Below, in pieces: positions 9,396 through 20,122 of a stretch of DNA of 64,000 nucleotides. This DNA is from an uncultured Desulfobacterales bacterium (GTDB lineage Bacteria; Desulfobacterota; Desulfobacteria; Desulfobacterales; C00003060), in assembly GCA_964440795.1 (NCBI GenBank), contig CAYTTQ010000005.1:1415-65414 (forward strand). The letters run 5' to 3'. Each line of letters opens with the position of its first letter. Position 1 is the stretch's first letter. The notes beneath the pieces are model-generated. The model was not told the DNA's origin, did no database searches, and was given only the letters and a program-made list of their open reading frames with translations. The translations under genes and the position numbers were made by a program.

Positions 9396-10976
9396 TTGAA
9401 AGTTTTGGTAAGTGACAAACTGGCTGAAGTGGGCGTTCATATGTTGCAGGAAGCGGAAGGTATCGATGTCGACGTAAACGTTGGTCTGCCTCCTGAAGAA
9501 TTGAAAACAATCATCGGAGACTATGACGGACTGGTCATCAGAAGCGCTACCAAGGTAACCGCTGAAATCCTGGAAGCGGCTCCCCGATTGAAGGTAATCG
9601 GCAGGGCCGGTATTGGGCTGGACAACGTGGATATCCCCGCGGCGACCAAACGAGGGGTCGTGGTCATGAACACCCCGGAAGGCAATGTCATAACGACGGC
9701 CGAACATGCGGTGGCCATGATGCTCGCGTTATCCCGAAATATCCCTCAAGGTACGGCGTCCCTGAAACAAGGACGGTGGGAAAAGAAGAAGCTGCAGGGA
9801 AAAGAAGTTTTTGGCAAGACCCTGGGGGTTCTGGGTTACGGCCGCATCGGTAGCATCGTTGCCGACCGGGCACGGGGACTAAAGATGAAAGTCATCGTCC
9901 ATGATCCCTATGCAAACCAGGAATTCATCGAACAGGGTGGGTGTGAAGTCGTATCCCGAGAAGAACTGTTTGCTCGGTCCGATTACATAACTATCCATGT
10001 GCCCAAGATGAAAGAAACGGTTAATCTCATCAACAAAGCGGCATTCGACCAAATGAAACCGGGCGTCATGTTGATTCACTGCGCCCGTGGAGGAATCGTC
10101 AGCGAAAAGGATCTGGATCAGGCCTTGGCGTCCGGCCAAGTGGGGGGCGTGGCGTTAGACGTTTTCGAAACCGAACCCCCGGGAGAAAGTCCATTGCTGA
10201 AACACGACAATGTCATATGCACGCCGCACCTGGGAGCGTCAACTGCAGAAGCCCAGACCAACGTTGCCGTCGCCGTTGCCGATCAGATCATCCGCTATCT
10301 TCAAACAGGCACCATCATTAACGCCGTCAATGTCCCTTCCGTCACCGGAGACGCACTCACGCTACTTCGACCCTATTTGACTCTGGCGGAACGTATGGGA
10401 TCGCTGCAGGGACAGTTGGGACAGAAGGCCCCTACAGAACTCAATATTAGATATGCCGGGGATTTCTCCGGCATCGATCTCACACCGGTGACAACAGCCG
10501 CCCTTAAGGGTATGCTCACCTGCTTTCTGAAAGACGCAGTCAACTTTATCAACGCGCCGGTAATAGCCAAGGAGCGACAAATAAAGGTCATCGAATCTCG
10601 AAGTGCCGAAGCGCAAGACTATAACACGCTCATCACCTTGGAGACTGTGTCGGCTGAAGGAACAAGTACGATTTCCGGGACCATATTCGGCAAGTTTGAC
10701 CCCCGCATCGTTCGAATCAATGATTTCAGACTCGAGGTGGTACCGGAAGGCCATCTCATCCTCATCCATAACGAGGACAAACCCGGGGCTATCGGGAGCA
10801 TTGGGACGGTGTTGGGAAAGCACCGGGTCAATATCGCCAGAATGCATGTAGGCCAAGAACATCACGGTCAAAGGAATGTCATATTTCTGGACACCGATAC
10901 CATCGCCCCGCCGGAGACCTTGGAAGAGCTGCGGAGTTTGCCCATGGTCAAATCGGTGATCCCGTTGGAATTGTAA
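9396..10976 (+). CDS. serA: D-3-phosphoglycerate dehydrogenase (long form with C-terminal ACT domain)
   Basis: TTG start at 9396, 8 nt after AAAGGAG (LKVLVSDKL...). NAD motif GVLGYGRIGS. ACT-type tail (LILIHNEDKPGAIGSIGTVLG). Divergent from serC. Confidence 0.93.
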   Translation: MKVLVSDKLAEVGVHMLQEAEGIDVDVNVGLPPEELKTIIGDYDGLVIRSATKVTAEILEAAPRLKVIGRAGIGLDNVDIPAATKRGVVVMNTPEGNVITTAEHAVAMMLALSRNIPQGTASLKQGRWEKKKLQGKEVFGKTLGVLGYGRIGSIVADRARGLKMKVIVHDPYANQEFIEQGGCEVVSREELFARSDYITIHVPKMKETVNLINKAAFDQMKPGVMLIHCARGGIVSEKDLDQALASGQVGGVALDVFETEPPGESPLLKHDNVICTPHLGASTAEAQTNVAVAVADQIIRYLQTGTIINAVNVPSVTGDALTLLRPYLTLAERMGSLQGQLGQKAPTELNIRYAGDFSGIDLTPVTTAALKGMLTCFLKDAVNFINAPVIAKERQIKVIESRSAEAQDYNTLITLETVSAEGTSTISGTIFGKFDPRIVRINDFRLEVVPEGHLILIHNEDKPGAIGSIGTVLGKHRVNIARMHVGQEHHGQRNVIFLDTDTIAPPETLEELRSLPMVKSVIPLEL

Positions 10977-11023
10977 GGTCCGCCCCTTCAAGGTACCGGA
11001 AAAGGCTTTATGGAGGAACAACC

Positions 11024-11440
11024 ATGTCAGAAGAAGAAAAAGGATTCGTTATAAAAGATAGACGCTCTTTCGGTTCGGAAACCGGTCAACCCGAGGCGGA
11101 GAGTCCTAAGACGGAAACCGCGGGAGACAAAGGCCAAGAGGAAGCGAAGACCGCGGGGCCTGAAAAGGAAAGATCGTCGGATGAAGATGTTCAGCTCCCC
11201 GAGATCAATTTTTCCACCTTTGTTTTTTCCCTGAGTTCTTCAGCCTTTCTCCATCTGGGAGAGGTGGAGGATCCCTCCACCGGAAAAAAGCAAAAGAGCC
11301 TGCCCATGGCCAAACATACCATAGATATCTTAGGAATGTTGGAGGAAAAGACCCAGGGGAATCTGACGGAAGACGAAGGTCAGCTTCTCAAGAATATCCT
11401 CTATGACTTGAGAATGCGCTATGTAAAGGAAAAATCATAA
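11024..11440 (+). CDS. DUF1844 family protein
   Basis: PEINFSTFVFSLSSSAFLHLGE...AKHTIDILGMLEEKTQGNLTEDE..LYDLRMRY matches my recollection of the DUF1844 signature. Confidence 0.7.
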   Translation: MSEEEKGFVIKDRRSFGSETGQPEAESPKTETAGDKGQEEAKTAGPEKERSSDEDVQLPEINFSTFVFSLSSSAFLHLGEVEDPSTGKKQKSLPMAKHTIDILGMLEEKTQGNLTEDEGQLLKNILYDLRMRYVKEKS

Positions 11441-11453
11441 AAGGAGATCCCCT

Positions 11454-12923
11454 ATGAGGTCACAAAATCGGCAACGAAGAAGCAGCCTCCGCCTACGGAT
11501 TTTTTTGGTCACCCTGGTATCAATGGGCCTCGGCGGCGGACTCTGGCTTACCCCGAAAACCATAGCGGCCGACCCGTCCACACAATATCGCGTACCGCAC
11601 AGTTTCGCCGAGGTCGCAGAACGGGTAAGCCCGGCAGTGGTCAATATCAGCACGGAAAAGACGGTACGTACTCCCGGAGGACGGCGTTTTAGACATTTCC
11701 AAAGCCCATTTGGTGAAAATGACCCGTTTCATGACTTTTTTGAAAGGTTTTTCGGCAACCAACCCCCTCGGGAATTCAAGGAACGCAGCCTGGGCTCCGG
11801 TTTTATCATCAACGAAGAGGGCTATATCGTAACGAACAACCACGTGGTGGAAAACGCCGACAAAATCAAGGTTAAGTTGACTAACGGCAGAGAGTACGAA
11901 GCCATGATCGTGGGCAGGGACCCGAAGACCGATATCGCCTTGCTCAAGGCGGAGGATCTGAAACTGATCAAGGCTTTAAAGATTGGGGATTCCGACGAAA
12001 TCAAAGTGGGCCAGTGGGTAGTGGCCATCGGCAGTCCCTTTGGGTTGGAACATACGGTAACGGCCGGTATTGTCAGCGCCAAGGGTCGCGTCATCGGCTC
12101 CGGGCCCTATGACGATTTTATCCAAACCGACGCGTCGATCAATCCGGGAAACAGTGGCGGCCCGCTGGTCAATATGAGCGGCGAAGTTGTGGGCATCAAT
12201 ACGGCGATTGTCTCCCGGGGAGGCGGTAATGTGGGAATCGGCTTCGCCATACCGATCAACATGGCCCGGGGAATTATCAACCAACTGCAAACGACCGGAT
12301 CGGTAACCCGCGGATGGTTGGGGGTAACCATTCAAGACCTAACTCCGGAACTGGCAGAATACTACGGCCTGGAAGGGGCGAAAGGTGCCATTGTCGGTGA
12401 GGTGTTCGAAGGAGATCCGGCTGATAAAGCAGGGATTCAGCCCAAGGACGTCATCGTGGAAGTTAAAGGAAAGACCATTGAAGATAGTCGGGACCTTTCA
12501 CGGGTCATCGCAGCTATCAAGGTGGGAGAAAAGATCACCATCAAGGTTTTGAGAGACGGCAAAAAGCGTACCTTCCGCATCAAGATAGCCAAGCGGACGG
12601 ATGACAAGGAAACCCTGGCCAGAGCCGACGCGGAGGAAGCCGGTGCACTGGGCATGGTGGTGTCCCCAGTGACCCCGGACCTGGCCCGGCGCTTTAATAT
12701 TCCCGATGGGGGCGGCGGCATTGTTGTGGTGGCCGTGGACGCCCAAAGCGAAGCAGACAAAGCCGGGATCGAAGAAGGGGATCTGGTTCTGGAAATCAAT
12801 CACAAACAGGTCAAGACCGTCGAAGACTATCAACAATATATTGACGACGTAAAAGAAGGGGAGACCATATCCCTTCTGATTCAGCGAAAAGCCGGTCTTT
12901 TTGCGGTCAATATCCGGAAATAG
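11454..12923 (+). CDS. htrA: Periplasmic serine endoprotease, DegP/HtrA (Do) family, two PDZ domains
   Basis: Signal-like N-terminus. Catalytic His/Asp/Ser blocks (TNNHVV, DIALLK, GNSGGPLVN). Two PDZ-like segments. Confidence 0.92.
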   Translation: MRSQNRQRRSSLRLRIFLVTLVSMGLGGGLWLTPKTIAADPSTQYRVPHSFAEVAERVSPAVVNISTEKTVRTPGGRRFRHFQSPFGENDPFHDFFERFFGNQPPREFKERSLGSGFIINEEGYIVTNNHVVENADKIKVKLTNGREYEAMIVGRDPKTDIALLKAEDLKLIKALKIGDSDEIKVGQWVVAIGSPFGLEHTVTAGIVSAKGRVIGSGPYDDFIQTDASINPGNSGGPLVNMSGEVVGINTAIVSRGGGNVGIGFAIPINMARGIINQLQTTGSVTRGWLGVTIQDLTPELAEYYGLEGAKGAIVGEVFEGDPADKAGIQPKDVIVEVKGKTIEDSRDLSRVIAAIKVGEKITIKVLRDGKKRTFRIKIAKRTDDKETLARADAEEAGALGMVVSPVTPDLARRFNIPDGGGGIVVVAVDAQSEADKAGIEEGDLVLEINHKQVKTVEDYQQYIDDVKEGETISLLIQRKAGLFAVNIRK

Positions 12924-12940
12924 GAACAAGAAAAGCATTG

Positions 12941-13055
12941 ATGGCCGTCCTGAACCTATAACCTTTTCAAAAAGTCGATCAAGTTTGGCATGACGATTGG
13001 AAGACTTTTACGACGCCGTCAAAATAGACTTTACGATTTGATCATTTTTGAACCG
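12941..13055 (+). repeat. Copy of a dispersed intergenic repeat family (see 53623, 59631, 59914-59980, 60250)
   Basis: ccgtcctgaacc-tataaccttttcaaAAAGTCGATCAAgtttgg...ttggaagac aligns base-by-base with 59914-59980. TTTTACGACGCCgTCAA matches 60305-60325. Confidence 0.75.
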
Positions 13056-13077
13056 CTGAATCGGTGACTTTCCACAA

Positions 13078-13929
13078 GTGAATCCTGTTACTCTGGCTTC
13101 GCCCGCCAAGATCAACCTCTACCTCAAGGTGCTGGGGAAACGACCCGACGGGTATCATGACCTGGAAAGTCTGATGTGCCGGGTAAACCTGTGTGACACG
13201 TTACGGCTATCCTTTGACACCCCAACCGGGACCACCATCTGTGACCATCCCGGCGTACCCGACGGATCGGCGAACCTGGCCCGGAAAGCCGCATCCGTCT
13301 TTTTTGAATCCCTGTCCACACCGGGGGACGTGACCATCTTCATCCACAAAAAGATCCCCGTGGCAGCCGGATTGGGCGGGGGCAGCAGCAACGCCGCGAC
13401 TATGTTACACGCACTTAACGCCTATTACGACAATCCGTTTTCCACGCCTCAACTCATGGACATGGGCCTTCGGATCGGCGCCGATGTTCCCTTTTTTCTG
13501 TTTGAACATACCGCCGTGGCCCAGGGAGTGGGGGAATCTTTGGAAGCCTGTTCGGGAATGTTCCCTTTTTGGGTGGTTCTCGTAAATCCCAGAATTAGAG
13601 TATCCACCACCTGGGTCTTCGGACAGCTAAATTTGGGATTGACAAATTGCCCCGAAACTTATAATGTTTCGGCGTTTTTGGAGGACCCCTCACGGATCAA
13701 GGGCTTTTTGTGTAATGATTTGGAGAAGGTAACTATCGGGGCATTCCCGGTAATATCCGCCGTAAAAGGGGCTCTCCTCGATTATGGCGCTGAGGGCGCA
13801 TTGATGTCTGGAAGCGGCCCTACGGTGTTTGGCCTCTTTTCAGCCTATGGTCAAGCGCGCCATGCGTATGAGGCGATTCAAAGCCGGGGGTGTTGGGATA
13901 CCTATTTAGCGGACCTGCTGCTTCCCTGA
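13078..13929 (+). CDS. ispE: 4-diphosphocytidyl-2-C-methyl-D-erythritol kinase
   Basis: GTG start. PAKINLYLKV, GHMP kinase motif PVAAGLGGGSSNAA. Conserved position before tRNA-Gln and prs. Confidence 0.9.
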   Translation: MNPVTLASPAKINLYLKVLGKRPDGYHDLESLMCRVNLCDTLRLSFDTPTGTTICDHPGVPDGSANLARKAASVFFESLSTPGDVTIFIHKKIPVAAGLGGGSSNAATMLHALNAYYDNPFSTPQLMDMGLRIGADVPFFLFEHTAVAQGVGESLEACSGMFPFWVVLVNPRIRVSTTWVFGQLNLGLTNCPETYNVSAFLEDPSRIKGFLCNDLEKVTIGAFPVISAVKGALLDYGAEGALMSGSGPTVFGLFSAYGQARHAYEAIQSRGCWDTYLADLLLP

Positions 13930-13941
13930 CGGGCTTTATGT

Positions 13942-14016
13942 TGGGGTGTCGTCAAGTGGTAAGACACAGGATTTTGGTTCCTGCATTCGGAGGTTCGAAT
14001 CCTCCCACCCCAGCCA
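13942..14016 (+). tRNA. tRNA-Gln (anticodon TTG)
   Basis: Cloverleaf folded by hand: acceptor TGGGGTG/CACCCCA, anticodon arm CAGGA-TTTTGGT-TCCTG, T-arm GGAGG-TTCGAAT-CCTCC, encoded CCA. Confidence 0.93.
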
Positions 14017-14081
14017 CGTGTTTGTGCCACGCACCGTCGAAGGTGCTGGAGATATCGTGACCATGAGATCAACGGTGAAAT

Positions 14082-15020
14082 ATGCACAGACTTGTTGTGT
14101 TTTCCGGCAATTCTAATCTTGACCTGGCCAAAAGTGTCTGTAACGACATCGGCATTCAATTAGGCCAAGCCAAGGTTCAAAAATTTAGCGACGGGGAAAC
14201 CCAAATCGAAATCAGCGAGAATGTTCGGGGTAAGGACGTCTTTATCATTCAATCCACCTGTGCCCCCGTAAATGACCATTTGGTGGAACTGTTGATGATG
14301 ATCGACGCCTTTAAGCGGTCGTCGACCAAGCGAATCACGGCGGTCATACCCTATTACGGCTATGCCCGGCAGGACAAGAAGGTGGCGCCTCGAGTGCCGA
14401 TCAGCGCCAAATTGGTTGCCGATCTGATCACCACCGCCGGAGCCGGCCGAGTGATTACTATGGACCTTCATGCCGGGCAGATACAAGGGTTTTTCGACAT
14501 TCCCGTAGATAACCTCTTTGCAGCCCCGACCATACTCGACTACATCAAACGCACCTTCGACAATGACACGGTCATTGTATCCCCTGACGCCGGTGGTGTT
14601 GAACGGGCCAGAGCCTTTGCCAAAAGACTTCACGCTCAATTGGCGATTATCGATAAACGCCGGCCGGCCCCCAATAAGGCCAGGGCCATGAACGTTGTAG
14701 GCAAGGTGGAAGGAAAGCGGGCGATCATCGTCGATGACATGGTGGACACCGCGGGTACACTTACCGAAGGCGCCTCGGCACTCATTGAACACGGCGCATC
14801 GGAAGTCCATGCCTGTTGCGCCCACGCGGTTCTTTCAGGTCCCGCAGTGGACAGAATTACCAATTCGCAAATCAAGACCCTCGTGGTTACCAACACCAAT
14901 CCGTTACAGGAAAATGCCCAAAAATGTGACAAGATACGGGTGCTATCCGTATCCAAGCTTTTGGCCGAGGCCATTCAGCGTTCACATACGGGCAGCTCAG
15001 TGAGTTCACTTTTTGTCTAG
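14082..15020 (+). CDS. prs: Ribose-phosphate pyrophosphokinase
   Basis: [46 protein letters not shown] motifs. Confidence 0.95.
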   Translation: MHRLVVFSGNSNLDLAKSVCNDIGIQLGQAKVQKFSDGETQIEISENVRGKDVFIIQSTCAPVNDHLVELLMMIDAFKRSSTKRITAVIPYYGYARQDKKVAPRVPISAKLVADLITTAGAGRVITMDLHAGQIQGFFDIPVDNLFAAPTILDYIKRTFDNDTVIVSPDAGGVERARAFAKRLHAQLAIIDKRRPAPNKARAMNVVGKVEGKRAIIVDDMVDTAGTLTEGASALIEHGASEVHACCAHAVLSGPAVDRITNSQIKTLVVTNTNPLQENAQKCDKIRVLSVSKLLAEAIQRSHTGSSVSSLFV

Positions 15021-15034
15021 GGAGGTTACAACCA

Positions 15035-15691
15035 TTGGACGCATTCGATCTAAAAGCAACCAGGCGAGAAAAAACCGGCAAGGGTCAGGCCCGGGAACTG
15101 CGCCGGCAAGGCCTCGTCCCGGCCGTATTGTACGGCCCCAAGATAGACGCGGTGCCTTTGACCATATCGGTGAAGGCGCTCCAAAGCATCTACAAAGCAA
15201 GTGGCAGCGAACATATGGTCCTGAGTTTAATCATCAATAACGGCGGCACCCAAAGGAAGACGGCCATGATAAAGGAGCTTCAAAGGGCGCCGGCCACGAG
15301 CGATTACCTACACGTCGATTTTTATGAAGTTGCCTTGGATCAGGCCATTCAAGTCAATGTGCCTGTGGAGGTGGTGGGTACATCCAAGGGCGTCGAGCGT
15401 GGGGGATACCTGCAGGTGGTCCGTCATGACCTGGAGGTATCATGTTTACCCACTGACGTCCCGTCCAGTATCACCGTCGACATCTCGGACCTGGACATCG
15501 GCGATTCCATACATGTGGATAAAATCACTGTCGGTGACGAAGTCACCCTTCTGTATGAAACCAACTTTACGGTCATAACCGTGGTAGCACCCACGGCTGA
15601 GGAAGAAGAACCCGAAGAAGAGTTGGAAGAAGGTGAAGAAGCCGAAGTCAGTGAGGGTGAAGAAGAGACAGGAGAATCTGCGGAATCGTAG
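15035..15691 (+). CDS. rplY: 50S ribosomal protein L25 / general stress protein Ctc, with acidic C-terminal tail
   Basis: TTG start 9 nt after GGAGG. ATRREKTGKGQARELRRQGLVPAVLYG N-terminus. E-rich tail. Confidence 0.9.
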   Translation: MDAFDLKATRREKTGKGQARELRRQGLVPAVLYGPKIDAVPLTISVKALQSIYKASGSEHMVLSLIINNGGTQRKTAMIKELQRAPATSDYLHVDFYEVALDQAIQVNVPVEVVGTSKGVERGGYLQVVRHDLEVSCLPTDVPSSITVDISDLDIGDSIHVDKITVGDEVTLLYETNFTVITVVAPTAEEEEPEEELEEGEEAEVSEGEEETGESAES

Positions 15692-15699
15692 GATTTTAG

Positions 15700-16293
15700 A
15701 TGCCGGAGGATCGCGTTCGCTTGATTGTGGGGTTGGGCAACCCCGGACCGAAATATAGGTTGACTCGTCACAACGTGGGCTTCATGGTAGTAGACTGTTT
15801 GGTTCAACGTCACGGCTTGACGTTGGACCGACACAAGTTTGATACCCGTTACGTTCGTGGCAGGATGTGCGGATCGGCGGTTCTGGTCGCCAAGCCCATG
15901 ACATTTATGAATCGCGTCGGACCGGCGGTCAGGAATCTGGCCCACTTTTATCGGGTGGATACACAAGATATCACAGTCATCCATGATGATCTGGATCTTG
16001 TATTTGGCACAATAAAAATTAAAGAGAAAGGAGGGGATGGAGGACATAATGGCGTCAAGTCTTTGATCGTTGCGCTGGGAACTCAACGCTTTAACCGCAT
16101 CCGGGTCGGTATCGGTCGCCCCCAAGACCCACGCCAAGTCACGGGCTATGTCTTGGACCGGTTCGATACCACCCAGGAAAAGTGTGTGGCCGAGGTTGTC
16201 ACACAGGCAACGGATGCGCTGGAGATGCTGATTGCCGGCGGCGTATCGGAGGCAATGAATCGGTTTCATGGCAGAAACATTACGCAATGTTAG
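15700..16293 (+). CDS. pth: Peptidyl-tRNA hydrolase
   Basis: LIVGLGNPGPKY..TRHNVGF..FMNRVG..HDDLDL..GGHNG motifs. Confidence 0.93.
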   Translation: MPEDRVRLIVGLGNPGPKYRLTRHNVGFMVVDCLVQRHGLTLDRHKFDTRYVRGRMCGSAVLVAKPMTFMNRVGPAVRNLAHFYRVDTQDITVIHDDLDLVFGTIKIKEKGGDGGHNGVKSLIVALGTQRFNRIRVGIGRPQDPRQVTGYVLDRFDTTQEKCVAEVVTQATDALEMLIAGGVSEAMNRFHGRNITQC

Positions 16294-16308
16294 GTTGGGA
16301 GGAAAACT

Positions 16309-18351
16309 ATGAATGAATTGATTAATTGGGAACTTTACAGCACGCTGGTGGGTATTGCCGGAGTGGTTTTCGTGCTGTTTCTAATTGGTGTCGTAAAGAG
16401 TGCCCCATCTGGGGATGAAAAGATGAACGAGATTGCTGAAGCAATCAAGGAAGGGGCCATCGCTTACCTGAATCGTCAGTTAAAGACCGTTTTTATCGCT
16501 GCAGCCGTGATTGTCATCATTATCGGAGCCACCATGGGAATTCAAACAGCCATCGGCTTCTTGATCGGTGCTGCGGCCTCTTACATTGCAGGGTATATCG
16601 GCATGCGGGTTTCCGTTCTGGCCAATGTCCGTACCGCTGAGGCCTCCAAGAAAGGGCTGGCCGCCGGTTTGGGAATGGCCTTTAAGGGCGGTACCGTAAC
16701 CGGGATGATCGTGGCCGGCCTGGCCCTCACCTCGGTAGCCGGCTACTACACCATTACCCACGACATTCGAGCCCTGGTGGCTTTGGGGTTTGGTGGCAGC
16801 TTGATCTCTATCTTTGCCCGTCTCGGCGGCGGTATCTTTACCAAGGGCGCCGATGTGGGTGCCGACCTGGTCGGTAAGGTAGAAGCCGGGATTCCCGAAG
16901 ACGATCCGAGAAACCCGGCGACCATCGCCGACAACGTCGGCGACAATGTGGGTGATTGTGCCGGCATGGCGGCGGACCTTTTTGAGACCTATGCGGTAAC
17001 CGCCGTGGCGGCCATGATGCTGGCCCACCTTGTCTTTCCGGAAGCGAAAGTGGGCCCGGAAGTCTATCACAACGCCGTAACCTTCCCGCTCGTTCTGGGT
17101 GCGGTATCCATCATCGCATCGATTATCGCCAGCTTTTTTGTCCGGCTGGGGAGTGGAAGCGAATACATCATGGGGGCCCTCTATAAAGGCATGTTCGGCT
17201 CGGCCATCATTGCGGGCGCGGCTTTCTACTGGGTGACCCAGAAAATGATGGGCGGCATTGGCATTCCGATCATGAACATCTATCTGGCCACTCTCGTGGG
17301 TCTGGTACTCACCGTGGGTATCGTTATTGTCACCGAATATTACACCGGGGTCCGCGGCCCGGTAAAGGCCATCGCACAGGCCTCCACCACCGGACATGGG
17401 ACCAACATCATCGCCGGACTGGCCGTCAGCATGCAGTCCACGGCGATTCCGGTACTCCTGATTTGTGCCGCTATTCTGGCATCTTATCTCTTAGCGGGTC
17501 TCTTTGGCATCGGCCTGGCGGCTATGAGCATGCTGTCCATGACCGGTATGGTTATCGCCATTGACGCCTATGGTCCCATCACCGATAATGCCGGCGGGAT
17601 TGCTGAAATGGCGGGAATGGACGAAAGTGTGCGGGCGGTTACCGATCCCCTGGACGCCGTGGGAAACACCACCAAGGCCGTCACCAAGGGATACGCCATC
17701 GGTTCGGCCGGCCTCGCCGCCTTGGTACTCTTCGCTGCTTACATCCAGGACCTGGTAGCCGAGATGAGTCACGCCTCCGGTGGTGCAGAGGAACTCATCT
17801 TTGACCTGGGCAATGTGTATGTCATTGTCGGGCTTTTTCTCGGCGGCCTTCTGCCCTTCTTGTTCGCCTCCATCGCCATGAATGCGGTGGGCCGGGCGGG
17901 CGCTCAGGTCGTCACCGAGGTAAGGCGGCAATTCCGAGAGATTCCCGGTATTATGGAGGGAACCGCCAAACCCGATTATGCCACTTGTGTCGATATCGTA
18001 ACACGCTACGCCCTTAAGGAGATGATTGTTCCGGCACTCTTGCCGGTGGTGGTGCCCGTTCTTGTGGGATTCTTCCTTGGGAAAATCGCCCTCGGCGCAC
18101 TACTGATCGGCAGTATCGTGACCGGTATTTTCGTAGCCATTTCCATGACCACCGGCGGGGCGGCTTGGGATAACGCCAAGAAATATATCGAAGACGGTCA
18201 TTTCGGCGGCAAGGGCAGCGACGCCCACAAGGCAGCCGTAACGGGTGACACGGTCGGCGATCCGTACAAGGATACCGCCGGGCCGGCCATCAACCCGATG
18301 ATCAAGATCCTGAACGTTGTTGCCCTCCTGATGGTCCCCTTCTTGATTTAG
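16309..18351 (+). CDS. hppA: Membrane-bound proton-translocating pyrophosphatase (K+-independent type by the GNTTKA Lys)
   Basis: 680 aa polytopic protein. [19 protein letters not shown] and [19 protein letters not shown] motifs. Lys rather than Ala in GNTT(K/A)A is the classical K+-independence marker. Confidence 0.95.
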   Translation: MNELINWELYSTLVGIAGVVFVLFLIGVVKSAPSGDEKMNEIAEAIKEGAIAYLNRQLKTVFIAAAVIVIIIGATMGIQTAIGFLIGAAASYIAGYIGMRVSVLANVRTAEASKKGLAAGLGMAFKGGTVTGMIVAGLALTSVAGYYTITHDIRALVALGFGGSLISIFARLGGGIFTKGADVGADLVGKVEAGIPEDDPRNPATIADNVGDNVGDCAGMAADLFETYAVTAVAAMMLAHLVFPEAKVGPEVYHNAVTFPLVLGAVSIIASIIASFFVRLGSGSEYIMGALYKGMFGSAIIAGAAFYWVTQKMMGGIGIPIMNIYLATLVGLVLTVGIVIVTEYYTGVRGPVKAIAQASTTGHGTNIIAGLAVSMQSTAIPVLLICAAILASYLLAGLFGIGLAAMSMLSMTGMVIAIDAYGPITDNAGGIAEMAGMDESVRAVTDPLDAVGNTTKAVTKGYAIGSAGLAALVLFAAYIQDLVAEMSHASGGAEELIFDLGNVYVIVGLFLGGLLPFLFASIAMNAVGRAGAQVVTEVRRQFREIPGIMEGTAKPDYATCVDIVTRYALKEMIVPALLPVVVPVLVGFFLGKIALGALLIGSIVTGIFVAISMTTGGAAWDNAKKYIEDGHFGGKGSDAHKAAVTGDTVGDPYKDTAGPAINPMIKILNVVALLMVPFLI

Positions 18352-18395
18352 GCATACCGGGGCATCAGGGGCTTCAACGTAACAGCCCAGAGTAA

Positions 18396-18436
18396 AGGAT
18401 TGGCACCTCCACGGTGCCAATCCTTTTTCTTTTTGT
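18396..18436 (+). terminator. Rho-independent terminator after hppA
   Basis: GGATTGGCAC-ctccacg-GTGCCAATCC followed by TTTTTCTTTTT. Confidence 0.85.
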
Positions 18437-18632
18437 CTCCTCTTAACGAACACCTCCACCCGCCTAAACCGAGCACCCTGCCATACTGACGGGTTCCGTA
18501 GCCCATACTTCCTTTTTGTATTGATTGAATTCCAAGAAAATGCTATACAAAGATAGAATTCGGCGACGGTTTATCCAAATTTGGGCCCGATACGGGCATG
18601 TTTCTTTGGTAGTATACGATAGGAGTAAAAAC

Positions 18633-19121
18633 ATGTTTAAGATTGGCGACCTGGCAGTATACCCCGCGCACGGGGTAGGACGAATAGAATCGGTGGAGTC
18701 ACGGCAGGTATCGGGAAAAGATCAAGATTTTTACATAATGAAAATCTTGGAAAATGAAATGATTATCATGATTCCGGTAGACAAGGTCACCTCTGTCGGA
18801 CTTCGAGATATTATAGACGTGGCGGAGGTCACTAAGGTCTATGACATTATGAAAAAGCGGGATATTCCGTCGGACAACCAGACGTGGAACAGACGGTACC
18901 GGGAATATATGGAAAAGATCAAGACGGGATCGGTGTACGAAGTCGCGGAAGTATTGCGCGATTTGTATTTGCTCAAAGAGGAAAAGGACCTCTCCTTTGG
19001 GGAACGAAAACTACTGGATACTGCCCAGAGCCTCCTTCTTAAAGAGCTGTCTATTGCCAAAAAAACGGACGAGGGGGCCATTATGTCGGACATCAACACC
19101 ATATTCGACGTAGAAGAATAG
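18633..19121 (+). CDS. carD: CarD/CdnL family RNA-polymerase-binding transcription factor
   Basis: MFKIGDLAVYPAHGVGRIESVE start 8 nt after AGGAG. The listed 36-aa upstream extension was rejected. Confidence 0.88.
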   Translation: MFKIGDLAVYPAHGVGRIESVESRQVSGKDQDFYIMKILENEMIIMIPVDKVTSVGLRDIIDVAEVTKVYDIMKKRDIPSDNQTWNRRYREYMEKIKTGSVYEVAEVLRDLYLLKEEKDLSFGERKLLDTAQSLLLKELSIAKKTDEGAIMSDINTIFDVEE

Positions 19122-19134
19122 GCATTTCTATTGG

Positions 19135-20118
19135 TTGAAATCATCAGGTGTATCGGTCATCACATTTCGTGCAACTAACAGGGAAGCCGGGCGTCGACTG
19201 GATAGTGTGTTGGCCGCCCGGTTTGCTTTTCTATCCCGTTCTCAGGCCAATCAACTAATCCGGGAAAATCGGATCCGGGTCAACGGCACGGCCACAAAGG
19301 CAGCCTATCTTCTCAGACCTAACGATTCGGTACGGGGGGTCATTCCGCCGTTGTCGGATCCTCACTCTCCGCCTCTGGTAGAACCGGAACCGATCTCTCT
19401 TGACATCCTATTTGAAGACGATCAGATCATCGTATTGAACAAGCCTCCCGGGGTCATAGTCCATCCCGCGCCGGGCCACGCCGGCGGAACCCTGGTCAAC
19501 GCCTTGGTTTACCACCACCCCGACATCAGCAGGGTGGGAGATCCCGCCCGTCCGGGTATCATTCATCGTCTCGATAAGGATACCTCCGGCACCCTGATCG
19601 TTGCTAAAACAGCACCGGCTTATAATCACCTAAAAAAGGCGTTTAAGCATCGGCAGGTCCAGAAGCAATACTTGGCCCTGGTCTATGGGCGGATTGCGGA
19701 TACGGCCGGCGTCATTCAAACGCCCGTGGGCAGGCACCCCGTCCACCGAAAGAAGATGTCTACCGTAAGCCCTCGAGGGCGACCTGCAGAAACAGAGTGG
19801 CGTATACGAAGCGTGTTGAATTCCGCCACCCTGATCGATGTCCGGATACGAACGGGGCGAACTCACCAGATTCGCGTCCATTGCGCCGATATGGGGCATC
19901 CGGTTGTCGGAGACATCCGCTACGGCGGCAAAAAGCGCTGGAAGGAAGCAACCGCTTCGGAATATATCCGCCGAATGCTTCAGTCGGTAAACCGCCAGAT
20001 GCTCCATGCTTGGCGGCTGACATGTGTTCACCCATCGCTCGGTCGCGAGCTGTGCTTTGAATCTCCGGTACCGGAAGACATGGCCGGGGTCATCAAGGCC
20101 TTGCAATCGGTGGATTGA
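19135..20118 (+). CDS. rluD: RluA/RluD-family 23S rRNA pseudouridine synthase (S4 domain plus catalytic domain)
   Basis: S4-like N-terminus (RLDSVLA..SRSQANQLIRENRIRVNG). Catalytic HRLDKDTSG motif. TTG start, uncertain. Confidence 0.88.
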   Translation: MKSSGVSVITFRATNREAGRRLDSVLAARFAFLSRSQANQLIRENRIRVNGTATKAAYLLRPNDSVRGVIPPLSDPHSPPLVEPEPISLDILFEDDQIIVLNKPPGVIVHPAPGHAGGTLVNALVYHHPDISRVGDPARPGIIHRLDKDTSGTLIVAKTAPAYNHLKKAFKHRQVQKQYLALVYGRIADTAGVIQTPVGRHPVHRKKMSTVSPRGRPAETEWRIRSVLNSATLIDVRIRTGRTHQIRVHCADMGHPVVGDIRYGGKKRWKEATASEYIRRMLQSVNRQMLHAWRLTCVHPSLGRELCFESPVPEDMAGVIKALQSVD

Positions 20119-20122
20119 TAAT

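Noticed and set aside
12990-13006. TTGGCATGACGATTGGA upstream of ispE as a possible sigma-54 promoter
   Set aside because: The -12 GC is replaced by GG. The segment is part of the dispersed repeat (the equivalent at 59955-59975 reads TTGGGCTAAGTTCGTTGGA), so the resemblance is incidental.
15424-16287. 287-aa ORF on the minus strand
   Set aside because: It is antisense to rplY and pth, both of which have unmistakable signatures. There is no RBS or motif, so it is a shadow ORF. The same reasoning rejects 5877-6689, 7947-8771, 10362-11021, 16480-17397, 30993-31814, 31060-31641, 43769-44347, 54298-55041 and 61079-61666.
18398-18424. TGGCAC sequence resembling a sigma-54 -24 box after hppA
   Set aside because: It is one arm of a perfect 10-bp stem followed by a T-run (intrinsic terminator), and no TTGC lies at the -12 spacing.
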